Positions 49,873-64,000 of a stretch of DNA of 64,000 bases are shown here, piece after piece. Position 1 is the stretch's first letter. Every line of letters starts with the position of its first letter. Source of the stretch: Octopus sinensis (lineage: Eukaryota); NCBI RefSeq assembly GCF_006345805.1, contig NC_043001.1, positions 92,814,001 through 92,878,000 on the forward strand. The letters run 5' to 3'. Below the pieces are notes generated by a model, which saw only the letters and a list, made by a program, of their open reading frames with translations, did not search any database and was not told the origin of the DNA. Position numbers and translations under genes: made by a program.

Positions 49873-51474
49873 TACATATATACCACTGACAACAGGCCAA
49901 CTGGTGCATTTAAATTGCCACTCGTCATTGACAGATAGAATATGAAAAAACAAGATGATAAAAAGTGCACATATGGTTTTGGAAGGCAGATATATATATG
50001 AATTAATGTCATTGTGTTACAATGAAATAAACGTTTATAAACTGATTTTAGGGAACTTTATTAAAAATACATTTATAATATCTACAGAATGATTTCATGA
50101 GCACATCACTAAATTTTTTAATCAATGTCACTATCAAACAAAAGCCTAATTTTACTACTATTAAAGCAAGCCCTTATTCCTTCATGATCCTTCCCACCAC
50201 TTAACCAGCCTCTACTCACTTGTCCTGCCACTAGAATAATATTATATAAAAGGTGACCTAGTTATGTCATTCACAAACACATATAGATACCTATAATCAT
50301 AGGTGGAGAGGTAAAGTAAAATGTTATTATTGTTGTTGTAAGCAGAACTTTTTTAAAAAAGGGATCAGTTATCTCTCCTCAGAACTGTAGTGACTTCATT
50401 TAGGCATAGAGTAGATACCAACCGGAATCTGCCACTTTCCCTTAACATTGCAACACCATTTTTCTCAAAGAAAAACAATAGTGACAGCAGCTGAATTGAA
50501 CACATGGCATCGCTAAGCCGATTTATGTCTTTGCCACTTGACCCTTTTAACTTCTTGATGGAGTGGAGAATGGAATTGAGATAACAGTCAACCCCCACCC
50601 CGTCCTCAAAGTATATCCATTGTCTTTGAAGTATATCTATTTTTCTAACTAGCTTTGTATAGTTATAAATACAAGAACTCCATACACCAAAGTCAGTTAG
50701 TGAGAACTGAGTCTGGCTGACTAGCTAAACGAAACGCTGTCTCTGAAGGAAAAGGCACAGAGACAAATATGGTAACTCACCAATGAAGCAGTTGTTTCAT
50801 CCCATCATTCTCACTTTCACTTACTCACTTTTTCTTCTCTACAACATCACTCTATCTAGCTTTCCCTGTCGCTAGAATGACATAAGCACAAACATACTTA
50901 TACATGAAAAATCTATGATATCTCTCTTTATCTCACATTCTTTATGAATTATACATACCAGCACATCGTGGTTGGCTACAACAATTATCATAATAAATAC
51001 CGCTACAACTGGTCACCCCATCTAGAAAGAACTACTTCCTTCTGATGCAACAAGAGCCATTACATATCGTTACAACTACCATAACAGACATTGTTACAGA
51101 ACTTTAGATGTTTTTCTCAATCTAATGGAAAACCACCACCATCACCATCCTATATTTTATATTAATGATGCACCAAAACAAAATATAAGGAAATATGCAG
51201 TAGTACATTTCCATGAATAAACATACAAATACTTACATACATGCACATACGTATTATGATTTTCGTGGCTGAACTAACGTGTTAGCGAAAATACGATTTG
51301 CAAGTCTAAACACATACACACACACACGTGTGTGTCCACAAAAGTAACCTGCAAAAACTATGTTAACATGTATTTTACAAATAATTAAATACAAATAAGT
51401 AAACATAAATATATATACATTGTTGTGTCTTAGGAGGGACATTCCGCAAATAATAATAAACACATGCACTAGAC

Positions 51475-51511
<37 letters not shown>

Positions 51512-51719
51512 ATCATCTACATGTACACAAAAACAGGTATATTTACTTACATATATGCATATCATGTAGACATATAGAACTAATCCTCATAACCCACTGG
51601 ATGTCTGAAGTTTTGGAGCTTCTTTATATTATTTATCAATGTTGTCTTGCTCTTGGAAACTTCAACAAAATCAATATTATTGCTTTATCATCAGGAAAAT
51701 CAATTGGTATGAGAACTTT

Positions 51720-52450
51720 CCATTTAAGTTAGCTACCTCCAGGTTTTAATACTGATCTCTTCTCTTGGATCAGAATTTGTCCGATTACTCCAGTGCAGAA
51801 TGTGCTGATGGAATTCTCTCTTGGACCAGTCAATTAAAATCAGGTGTACCCCAAACTTTGGTTTTGTTATTCCACACTCTTCCATTTGTACTTCAATGAT
51901 CATGCTGTAATCACTTAACAAAACTCACTCATATGCTGATGATTCAACATTTCACTCCTTAACCTTCCACATACAAATGAATTTCATATGCAAACTAGTA
52001 ATTTTACACCAGACTTTCACTGCATCCAAGAAGGTAAAACTCAAAAACATTCTCTTTTAGGTTTATGACAGCTCATTTGTGGTCATAAAGCTACAGTAGA
52101 ATGTTTTTAAGTTATAACTTTAATCTCTAACCATTTTACAATATATATCAAGGAAATAACTTATATCATACCCTCCCTACACATGAACAAACATTGAAAT
52201 TATCTACAGAGACAAGATTTCACAATCTCATGAGCTCAAATATGGTGTCATGTAATATTGCCAAGATTGCATTCCAAAACATAGGATTCATCTTCTGAGC
52301 CAGAGAATATTTAATCCTGATCAGATGATAACCTTCTTAAAAGATCAAGTCAGAGTCACATTAAAATACTGCTCAAATGCCTGAAACAGTGCTACTACTA
52401 TTACATACAAATAACCTAGGCACATCTAACAAAAAGCTATCCAACTTACA
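51720..52450 (+). mobile_element. Old CR1-type RT relic
   Basis: Across frames: SWI..., SGVPQTLVL, HSYADDSTFH, and a .QVR.TL.YCSNA-like block. Confidence 0.6.
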
Positions 52451-52929
52451 AGCAAAAATTCATTTAACCACATGCTGCAACCACATGATTTGTTTCTCTG
52501 AAGTAGCTCACAGAATATAAGGTAGCTGCTGCTGTTGCATGCATGTGTGTCACTTTCAAATGACACATATCGACTTCTTGTTGATTTAATGTGTGTACAT
52601 GTATATGTGCGTATTTGTGAGAGTGCAATTATTGTGCATATATAAGAACAGACAGGCAAGTAAGCCGGAAAACAGGCAAGCATTACTATGCAGAATGAAT
52701 CAATTCAGTAGGTGTCTTTGCCAAAGATTACTAATGGTAATGCCAAATGCAAAAAATTCTAAGAAAACCTATAGACTTTCGGCTAGTACAGATGGGAGTG
52801 ATTCCAAGATTTTCATTTTTTAAAGACTTGGCAAATCATTTACAACTAAGAAAACCTTTAATAAGTAAACAGAAGAGTATTTTTAGTAATCTTCATACTT
52901 CATTTCAACTGCCACAAATCAACCAACAT

Positions 52930-52980
<51 letters not shown>

Positions 52981-54639
52981 ACAGCAGAATAGTAACAATG
53001 ATATGAAAGAGAGGGGAAGGGTGAGACATGTGGTGCAAAAGGAGAGTGAGTGTTATATGAAGGTGGTGAGAGAGAGGGAATTTGGTAGATCAATGTAAAA
53101 TGTGAGTGAGTGGGACACTGTTAATAAAAGATGGATGTCAAGCGAAGTGGTTTCAGGTAGTGAGAAAGATAACGGGTACCACAGAAAACAAATGATGAAA
53201 TATGCAATTCCGCTTCATTTATTAAAAGCAGTAGAATATTGCAGTTAGGCAGATGATGCAGAGTTCAGAACATGCATATGTGTGTGTGTGTGTGTGTGTG
53301 TGTGTAATTAAACTGGAAAACATTGCAAAATGGAGCTTGAAACAATACATGTCTGCTTAGAATAGCAAACCACCATGGCCCTTTTTGTAATAAGGCCAAC
53401 TTTAACATTGAGAGTATAGTGTTTCTTTCAAGAGCATAATGCAGTGATGGTGGTAGAATATGAATAATAAACCTTTTAATCAATAAACCAGCACCTACAC
53501 AATTCAAGCAAAATACATGAATATAAAAAACTCTTGAAAGATTAGGGCTGAAATTGGTTTTCTACAGTCATATGGCTCTCTCACTTAAACGATAAATTTT
53601 TATCAATATTGGTGCATCTAAACATAAAGATTTTCTTCAAGTAATCTACTTCTCTGTTCATTCAAAAATATTTCCATTTATTATGTAAGCAAACTTTCTA
53701 TAAAATTCTTCAATTTATTTGTATAATTTTCTTTGCTTCAATGCAAATGATAATGACTAGCATAAGGTAAAAAATTTGTTTCGAAAGGGATAACAACAAC
53801 TGAATCAACCCAATACATTATTGGAGCTAATTTTATTAAGCATGAAGACATAAATGGCAAAGGTAAACCCGAAAAGATTTGAATGCAGGATGTATATAAA
53901 ATAAATACCAGGCAAATAATAAAATAAATTTTTTTCTTCTCTACACCAAAATATGTGGCTTTGTACAATTGTTACTGACAGAGCGTTAGACAAAATTAAA
54001 ATTATTATTATGCTTAGCACAACAGATTCACAGAAACAGTAGAATGTCAGACAAAATGCCATACAATAGTATTTAGTTGTGTTTCTTTTCAATATGATTT
54101 CAAATCCCATTTTTTAAACTCTTTTCATCCATCCTGGATGGGTAAAATAACTGCTAGTCAAGTAGTAGGATGAATAAAATATTAATACACTTGTATCCAA
54201 AAACACATAGCTTTCTGCCCAAAAAGTTTTTATTATAACAAGTACAGGAACAATGCCAGCTTTTAAGAACCTCTTGTAATCTGCACTAATTTACAAGCAG
54301 GAACCTCAAATTCCCGCAGCCACTCATTTAGTTTACTGGTACCTTGAGCAGACTAGCACCTCGCATGGAACAGTATTTATAAAATTGCATCATTTATACT
54401 AATGAACAAAAACTGTATTTCATTTAGTAATTGAAGTAAACTTAATTTTTTGTTAATTTAGAATGTATTGACCAAGGTGACCACACCTGGTTTGGAAAAG
54501 TCACTAAACTGGAAAGGGTATGGGATCAAAGGTTCCAGATGTTGTACCTGTGTTAGGAGGTCGATGATATCAACTCAAAATTGTTAACCTTGTTCCCTAA
54601 ATTAGGAACAATTATCATTGTGATTTTTAATTATAATTA

Positions 54640-54960
54640 TTAAGGCAGCAAATCGGCACAGTTTTTAACATGTTGGACAAAATGCTTTATGTTCTGAATT
54701 CAAATTCTGCTGAGGACAACTGCCTTTCATCATTTCAGGTTCAATAAGTAAGAACTAGTTGAGCATGGGAATCAGTGCAATAGCCTCATCCCAAACTTGC
54801 TGGTATTTGAGCCAAAATTTGAATTATTATTATTACATTTCAAATTGCAAAGTCAACTTTACAACTTGTCCTTTAGGGAGTGATAAAATAAAATACCAGT
54901 CGTGTTAGGGTTAATTCAAGAAATGAGCCTCTATGGCTGAAATCTAAGGCCTTGTGCCTA
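54640..54960 (+). mobile_element. Two old SINE family C copies
   Basis: ggcagcaaatcggca...ttctgaattcaaattctgctgagg...gcctttcatc and a second partial copy ending ggccttgtgcct. Confidence 0.5.
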
Positions 54961-56384
54961 TTTTCGACACATTATCTTCTGTCAAATGGAGTGTGTCTGT
55001 GTGCGTGTACATAATTAGCATGTTTTCCTTTTAGTTGCTGCATGAGATTATTAAAATATTTGGAGTATTCACTATGTTCCTACAGCATATAACTATATAA
55101 TTAAACATATTTTGTGCAGGTGTGTGCATGTGTCTGTGTGTGTATATGACAGCATTGGTACATGTGGATGCTGAGTAAGAGAGAGCTGTTTAACTTGTAG
55201 AGATTTGTTATCTGATTCAGTTTAATTTTTTTTTTTTATCCAATGAACAGGATTAGCCTCAGGATGGGAGTACAAATTATCATCATTATCACAATTATTA
55301 AATTTTCCAATTCAAAAGAGGGTGGTGGAAGGTAAAAGTAGTGGAACGACAGACTAAATATCTTTACATAATCTAGTGAGTTACTTTACATCTGGAATTC
55401 AAATCCTGCATGGGACAACTTTACCTTCCATGCTTCTGAGGCTAATAAATCAAGTACAGATATGAGCTATTGACAGTAAAGTTAACAATATCATTTCAAT
55501 GAAATAGATAACCTTGTTTCCAAATCACAACAAATGCAAAACCTCTTCAGAGGTTGATAAATTAAGTACATGCAGTCTCCAGTCAGAGGATTTCACACTC
55601 ATGGAAATTGTAAAGTACGACCATTAATTCTGAGACACAATCTATAATTTTGCCCAAATGGTAACTTGGGTAAATTTTAAAAATTAGAAAACTACACTTT
55701 CTTTTTAGCCTAAATGCCTCTTATCTGCATTCTAGTGAAGATCAAAGTAGATAACAATTTGAAAAACTATAATCACAAAACATAGATCTATATAGTGTAT
55801 GTGTATATGTGTGTATAAGAGATGTGCATGTATACAGGTATTTCACCATGTATCACCATAAACACTTATGGAGTATGAAACAAATTTTTTCAGTGAATAT
55901 TTCTGTGTGGTTGTGTATATTTTGTGAGGTCACAATGAACATCTGTCTATCTATATAACATTCATCACCACAACTTTCCACCAATGCCAACACAACAATA
56001 CCGAAAACAAAACCAGTACAACCAGCCATTACCAACCCACCAACTTCTAAATGACCAAGAACAACAGTAGCAATAGTATGGACAAAATAAGCATCGCTAC
56101 CTAAAATAAAAATCTATCACAGGATATGATGTGGTACCTAGAGTATTTTAAAAGTTGAACGAAATATCTTTGATCTTAGTTTGAATGAAGATTAAGTGAA
56201 ACTAAACAGGAACAATACAAGAACAATATGTCCACTGCCTCCAACCAACAACATCATCCACCCTCACCAACATCAAAATAATCACCGCCACTATCAACAC
56301 ACCAATGTCTGAACCAACTGGTAACAATAATAACATAAGCATATCAATGTTTGTAGTTATGTATGTTGCAAGTCAACACAACAG

Positions 56385-56415
<31 letters not shown>

Positions 56416-56649
56416 GATTGTGGAGTTTTTATAATTAAGTCAAAGATACAAGAACGAAATGCCCTTGAACCTGGAAAACCTTCAACTGTAATCATAATGT
56501 ACCTCCTTCTACCTTACTCCTTTGCCCTTCTATCTTTTTTCCATGAAGAATATGACAATTTTTTGCTTTTACAAAAATGTTCTTTCCTGGTTTTGTTTCT
56601 TTTTTTTATTACATATTTATTGTGGATAGTTGTTGATTGACGCTACTGT

Positions 56650-57870
56650 TAAATTTACCTACAATTCAAAATGTTTGGAATTGAAGTGAAACGGAAGGCA
56701 GTAGTGAAAATAGGATCTGTAAAAGGCTTGATGGAGCAGGAAGAAAAAACAGCCACATTACCAAACCATTAAAGCTTGCAGCATCTACAATAGAAACAGT
56801 ATGTAATAATAGAGAGAAACTTAAGTAGAGTACTCAAGAAGTTCATTCTGTTGACTGTTTGGATCTTCATAGATCTAATGTGAAGCTTAAAATGGGGTAA
56901 CTCTTGAGTGTATGAATCTAGGATAAGTATGGTGGTAACAAGAAAAAGAGTATGCATGACAAATTTTTAGAAAAAGAATGGTGAAACATCTAGTGAAAAA
57001 TTATTTACATGTGTAAAGTGATTCACAAACATCTGCCATAGAATGATAGTGCCAGACATAAGATTTTCAACAAAACATTGCTTCTTTTAGACAGTGCACT
57101 GCAGTACCCAGTGAACTTACATAAGTTTTCCAATTAAGTGAGAGTGGAATATATCCCCAAGAATACATCTTCTTTGTTGAGTTAATGAATCAAAATGTTT
57201 TAGCTATATTCAAGGCATATTACCTGAAAACTGTCAAATAAATTATGAAAGCAACTGACAAGGAGAATAAACCGGTAGTTAGTGACTTCATAATAGATGA
57301 AGTGGAAAACAAAGCTGAATTATAGAATGAAGTGACACTTCCAATGTTGAATGATGTTTGGCAAAATATGCCAAGACAATATTCATGACATTACAAGTTT
57401 TCTACAAGCAAAAGTCCAGATTCAGAAAGATATTGTGACACTTGCATATGATACAGGATTTGAAGAAGTCATAGAGGATGATGATAGAGATGTTTCTGTC
57501 CTACAGAAAAAGTTTATCCAACAAGGAACTGATACTGTTAGAACAAGAGCAAGCTGGGAATACAGATAACATTATGAGGATCCATCAACTCCACTTAGAA
57601 TATTGCTAAAGATTTGGAACATCATTTCTTTGTACAGTGAAGTGTACAAAGAAATGATGTGCCATAAGCATCAAACAGTTTTGGATATATTCTTTGGCCC
57701 TCAAGTTGATGAAGAACTTCAAGGTAGAGGATAATGTCTCTCCTCTCAGAAACTCTCATTCCATTATTATAGCTTACATAAGTAGTCAACATCTTTTGTG
57801 GTAAGATCACACCCAATTACAGTTCTTATTTATATCCTCACATATTGTCTTCAAAAATTTTCATGTATAA
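56650..57870 (+). mobile_element. Tigger/pogo transposase relic
   Basis: KTLLLLDSA...VEYIPKNTSSL...MNQNVLAIFKAYYLK (DDE_1 LLLDNA...LP.NTTS..QPMDQ...FKAYY pattern) and GFEEV. Confidence 0.7.
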
Positions 57871-58049
57871 ATATTGTACAATGTATTTTTTGAAATCATT
57901 TTCATACATAACAGTGGTCATATTGCTTTTTTTTTTTAGTTTTGAAAACAAATCTGTCAGAATGCACTATCATTTTATTATATGAAAATCAATATTAAAA
58001 TTCCAGGCAACAGGATTTGAGGCTACAGCAAGTTCAGGAATGCCTTACT

Positions 58050-58700
58050 CTTAAGACATGAGGGATTCCTGTGCCAGTAATAGAGTAGGCTCAATTTAAT
58101 TGACTATATACCTTCCCAACTAATTTGTGGCACAGTTATTTCTGACAGCCAGGATTTGATTCACAGATGTAGGCATTTTGTTTCACTTGCCTAAGTGTTT
58201 TTGAGTACAATATAATCTCATTCTCCGACTTATAAATCAGTTCCTATGTAAGAAATTCTTATTGATGCTAGTGGAGGTGGAAAGGATGTTAACAGTTCAG
58301 CATCATCAAATGAATGATAGGCCAATTAACTCTGTTCTATTTAAGTAGGAGACATGATGCATCGCCTTCTGTACTACAGAGGAAATCTTTATAGTTGACT
58401 GACATGCTAGAAACAGTGGCCAAATTATTGAACCACACTCAGTCACTTTTGACAAAGGATACATAAACCTATCTGAAATTTAGACAAAAGATAGTGGCTG
58501 GAAGAACACTGATCAATCAGGGCTAATCTGAAGTTATGTGACTAACAAAGATTAGAATTTTTTATAGCCATATTCTCTTCATATGAGACCTTACCCTATT
58601 TGCATTTGGTATAGCTGATGCTTTCCAGAGGTATTTCCCTGCAGTCATAGTGTTAAAGAGAGATAACTCAGTTGTGATCAAGCTTAAAACTAGCTATAAC
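58050..58700 (-). mobile_element. Very old LINE RT relic
   Basis: Weak WK.A...P/YRPI/FDK-like remnants on the minus strand; no open frame. Confidence 0.3.
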
Positions 58701-61439
58701 AGCAGTTAAAGAATAAGGATATAAATTATAATTAAATTATAAAAGGTAATTAGTCACAACAACACCAAAAGACGTAAAAACCAGAAACTACTTTTACAAT
58801 GAAAATATGAAAGCTGAGTATCTATTCTTACATAGATACAACAAATTACAAAAATCAAAAGACGATGATTCTAATCTTTCTAATTTTTAAACATTTTATT
58901 AACTGCTAATAGTGCAGAACAGATAAAGTGACAAGGAAACTGAACATTTCTAGTTTATACAACTTGAAATATATGGAAATTAATGATGCATTATAGGTGA
59001 AAAAGTATCTTCAGTTGGTAATGAAAGACATTTTTTACAGTTTAAGTGCACTAAGTAAACTAGTGAGTAGTAGTTAGGTTGGGCTTAATGTTGACCCCAA
59101 CAGATAAGATAATACAGGACTGAGACTTAAAAACCTGGCCAAATCATGCCAGCTTTGAGAAATGGACAATGAAAAATACGATAATGATATTGATGATGAC
59201 TACATACAGTTAAGAGTCAGAAGTACAATAGGCAAGATTATGGCAAGTAGTCAATGTAATACAGACAGGAGTATATGTATTGATAAGTTTAATTTCCAAG
59301 TACTATATAATAAATTTTCTACTGACCAACATATAAATGCAAAGAGAAAGGGAAAAAAGGCTAGACTGGGACAAAAGGAGTGGGCAAATGGAGGAGAGGA
59401 ATAAATACCAACAGAAAGAAAAGAGAGAAAAGAAAAAGAGAAAGTAAGAAAGGAAAAGAGTGTATGGAAAGGAGAAAAAGGAAAGAAAATTTAAGAGTAA
59501 ATGAGAGTTGTAAAGAGAAAGAGAAATAAGAACATTTCTAAAACAAGAATGACCTAAGATTCAAAATCCCTTGAGAGTATGCTGATAGCTCTAGGAGATA
59601 TAAGCAGAAAAAGAAAATCTAAAAAAAAAACTTTGCTTGAAATAAACAAGACCTGAACTATTTCTATACAAAGTTTCCCCATTTTGAATAAAAGAAGAAA
59701 ATAAAGAATAAAAATAGCTAACAAATGCTAAAAGTAAAAATAAAAATTGGCACATTTCACTTGAGTTCAAAGGAATTGGTTATGTACAATTTGCCAAGCA
59801 TATAAATAATAAAATTTAATAAGACTAAACCCTAATAGATTTTCCCTGTACTTTGAGGAATCTTAATTTTTGTTATTGTCTAATGGTAATGTTTCACACA
59901 CACACACACATGTGCATGTGTGTACATCATTATCTACATGATTTCTACATCTGTTTGTATTTGTTCACAAAGCTGGATAGATCTTTTCTAGCACAAATTT
60001 TCATCAATTATTTCAGTCCCTTGTCAATTCCTTTTTGAGTACATCACTTCTTACTGTATTCTCAGTCTTTGGAAAGAAGCATACTGCATTACTGTCAAGC
60101 CTTTGTACATCTTATACATTCAAAGACCATATTTACCACCAGGTAATATTACACTTTGTACACAACTTTCATGCAATCTTCTCTTCAGTTGGTGAGAGAA
60201 TTTTTTGGCATCACTATCATTACCATCATCATTTTAATATCTGCTCTTCTATGCTGATGCATAGACAAGATTTCATTTAAGGCAGAACTTTCTTTGATTG
60301 GATTCCCTACCTGATGCAAATCCTCACCTATTTCAAAAGTAAATTAATAATTCTATTTATCTATCAAACAATGAAAAATCTAGACATGCTTTGTGGAAGA
60401 CTGCAAACATATGACATTGTTTATATGAACAGTGATGTTTTTGTCAAGACAAGAGGAACATGCATACACAAAAAAAAAAACACAACAAGCTTCTTCCTGT
60501 TTTTGTCTGCCAAATTTTACTCACAAAGTAATGGTCAACTCACAGACATAGGACCCCAGCTAATAGCATTCATGCATTGGGACCGAGCCCCTAACTATTA
60601 AGCAAATTTCTTAACTACATAACTACACTGTTATGCTAGCAGAAGTAAGAAATGACTCCCTAGAGTAAATATAGACATCAGTGATTGTTAATATTTATAC
60701 AGTTTCATATTTATGGGGTTTATTTGAAAACAAAGTTTCCAGCTCAGGTTGTTTGCTGATAATTTTGTGCGTAGATTCTTTTAATTTTGTATTTGTTTTT
60801 TGTTGTTGTTAGTTTTATTGTTGTTATTTAGCCCAAAGTCAGTCACATAGCTTTCAGTAAACAACATTGAATAGTGTATATCAATAACACTGGTTCTGTA
60901 ATTTCGATAATGTTGACTTGTTTACAGCAGGTGAAAGCTTACAGCCTACACCAATAAAGTTCAAAGGTTACCTTAGAATTTGTTATACAGTGTATTTTAT
61001 ACAGTAATTAAAATAAATCTGACTTAGTCTCCCTTTTCTAGATACAATATCAAATGTAAGTCAATATATATAAGTCAAAGTATATTATACATGTGAGAGA
61101 TTTTTCATAAGATTTCATTACTATTATTATGTGCACTACACATGAGTGCATATTATACATGAATAAATAGTCATTTTTTAGGCCTGTATACAATTTATAG
61201 TTTTCTTCATATATCAAACAACAATAAATGTAAGAATAAATGTGCTTTTCTTGTGAGAGTCTTAATTTTTTTATGAATGTCAGTATAGATAATATGTTTA
61301 GCTGTTGAAAAAGATTATAAAAAACAAAAATAATTAAATTTCATAAAGTCAAAATCAAATCAACAAAACGATCAAATGAAAAGGACATAACACATAAATA
61401 TTTTTTTTATATATGAAAAAACAACTTCAAGATCATTTC

Positions 61440-62150
61440 TTTTTATTAGGTTTGGGTCTTGCGGAAGGGCTGTACTCATGACCTTTGCAGGCAGAGATTA
61501 GTAAAACTGATGCTTCAATTTTTGCAAGTAAAGAGATGCGAGTAAAATGTGAAAGGAGAAAATTTCAGTGGACCAAAATCTTGGGAAGGAAGAAATGGGT
61601 GCAGTTAGTGCTGGGCCTGGGTGAGTGGACACAGTATAAGCAACAAGAAGAGATGTGTGAGTACAAAATGCTTGTCTATGACCCAGAGGTAGGAGTGCAT
61701 TTGTAAGTGACTTTATTCCAATAAACCAGGGGACTTTTGTTGGATGCAGTCAAAAAAGAATGTATGTAGCAGTAGCACCATTGCAGATGAACTATTTGCA
61801 TCACTCTATTAGAGGCCCCAGTAGAGTGAAGATAGATGCAAAGCAGACAGTAAAGTGTGGAGGCTTTCTCTGTAGTGGTATTACTGGTTTAGAAGTGGAG
61901 TGCAGGAACAGAAGGTTTTGTAAAGCTGGTAAAAATCTTTGGGAAAGGAATCAAAAGGGCAAGCTACAGATTGGCAGGAAGAACCTACAAACTGCACAAT
62001 ACACAAAAGTCTCTTTCTCATTTCAGAGGATGGATTTGCTGGAGTTTCAGCGCTGGGTAAAAAGTGCCCAGTTTTTAGAGGTGGGTGATACTTCTAAAAA
62101 AAATTTAGGTCATGTTCTTTGCTTTAACTGACAAAACAACTATGATGACA
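61440..62150 (-). mobile_element. Old CR1-type 3' ORF relic
   Basis: Minus-strand remnants such as FDCIQQK and SLTNALLPLGHR resemble LD.IQ.KA...SL.HRR. Confidence 0.45.
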
Positions 62151-62278
62151 TCATTTGAGGGAGTTGGATCTGTGTGTCTGACCATGCATGTAAAGTGGGG
62201 GGACACGCCATAAAACTATGAAATGAGACAGGTTAATAATAATGCTTTAGAGAATGTGTGCACACACACACAGACACA

Positions 62279-64000
<1,722 letters not shown>

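Noticed and set aside
50959-51100. Possible signal-peptide exon restored by A-to-I stop-codon editing
   Set aside because: Would need read-through of in-frame stops and the resulting peptide is not convincingly signal-like; too speculative.

Overview
Eukaryotic, very AT-rich, microsatellite-saturated DNA whose repeat complement looks like an Octopus/cephalopod genome (inference from the repeat families, not verified). The only host coding sequence I can support is two phase-1 Ig-domain exons on the minus strand (34984-34715 and 30669-30382) that splice in frame and resemble Ig2-Ig3 of turtle/IGSF9. The rest is probably intron, filled with mobile DNA: two young CR1-type LINEs (one near full length at ~20.4-24.3 kb, one with an uninterrupted RT ORF running off the window end), RTE, R4/Dong-type and Penelope-like (PLE) relics, three tRNA-type SINE families, mariner/Tc1/Tigger relics and a non-autonomous Helitron. 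The most interesting signals are: two well-formed type-I hammerhead ribozyme motifs in the host gene's sense orientation; a cluster of long foldback palindromes, some with a degenerate hammerhead in each arm; a LINE/SINE shared 3' end with a covarying stem-loop; a modular 16-unit tandem array abutting the CR1 5' end; and an Ig domain lacking its F-strand cysteine. Most ORF-track entries are microsatellite artefacts. Repeat boundaries are by-eye estimates.
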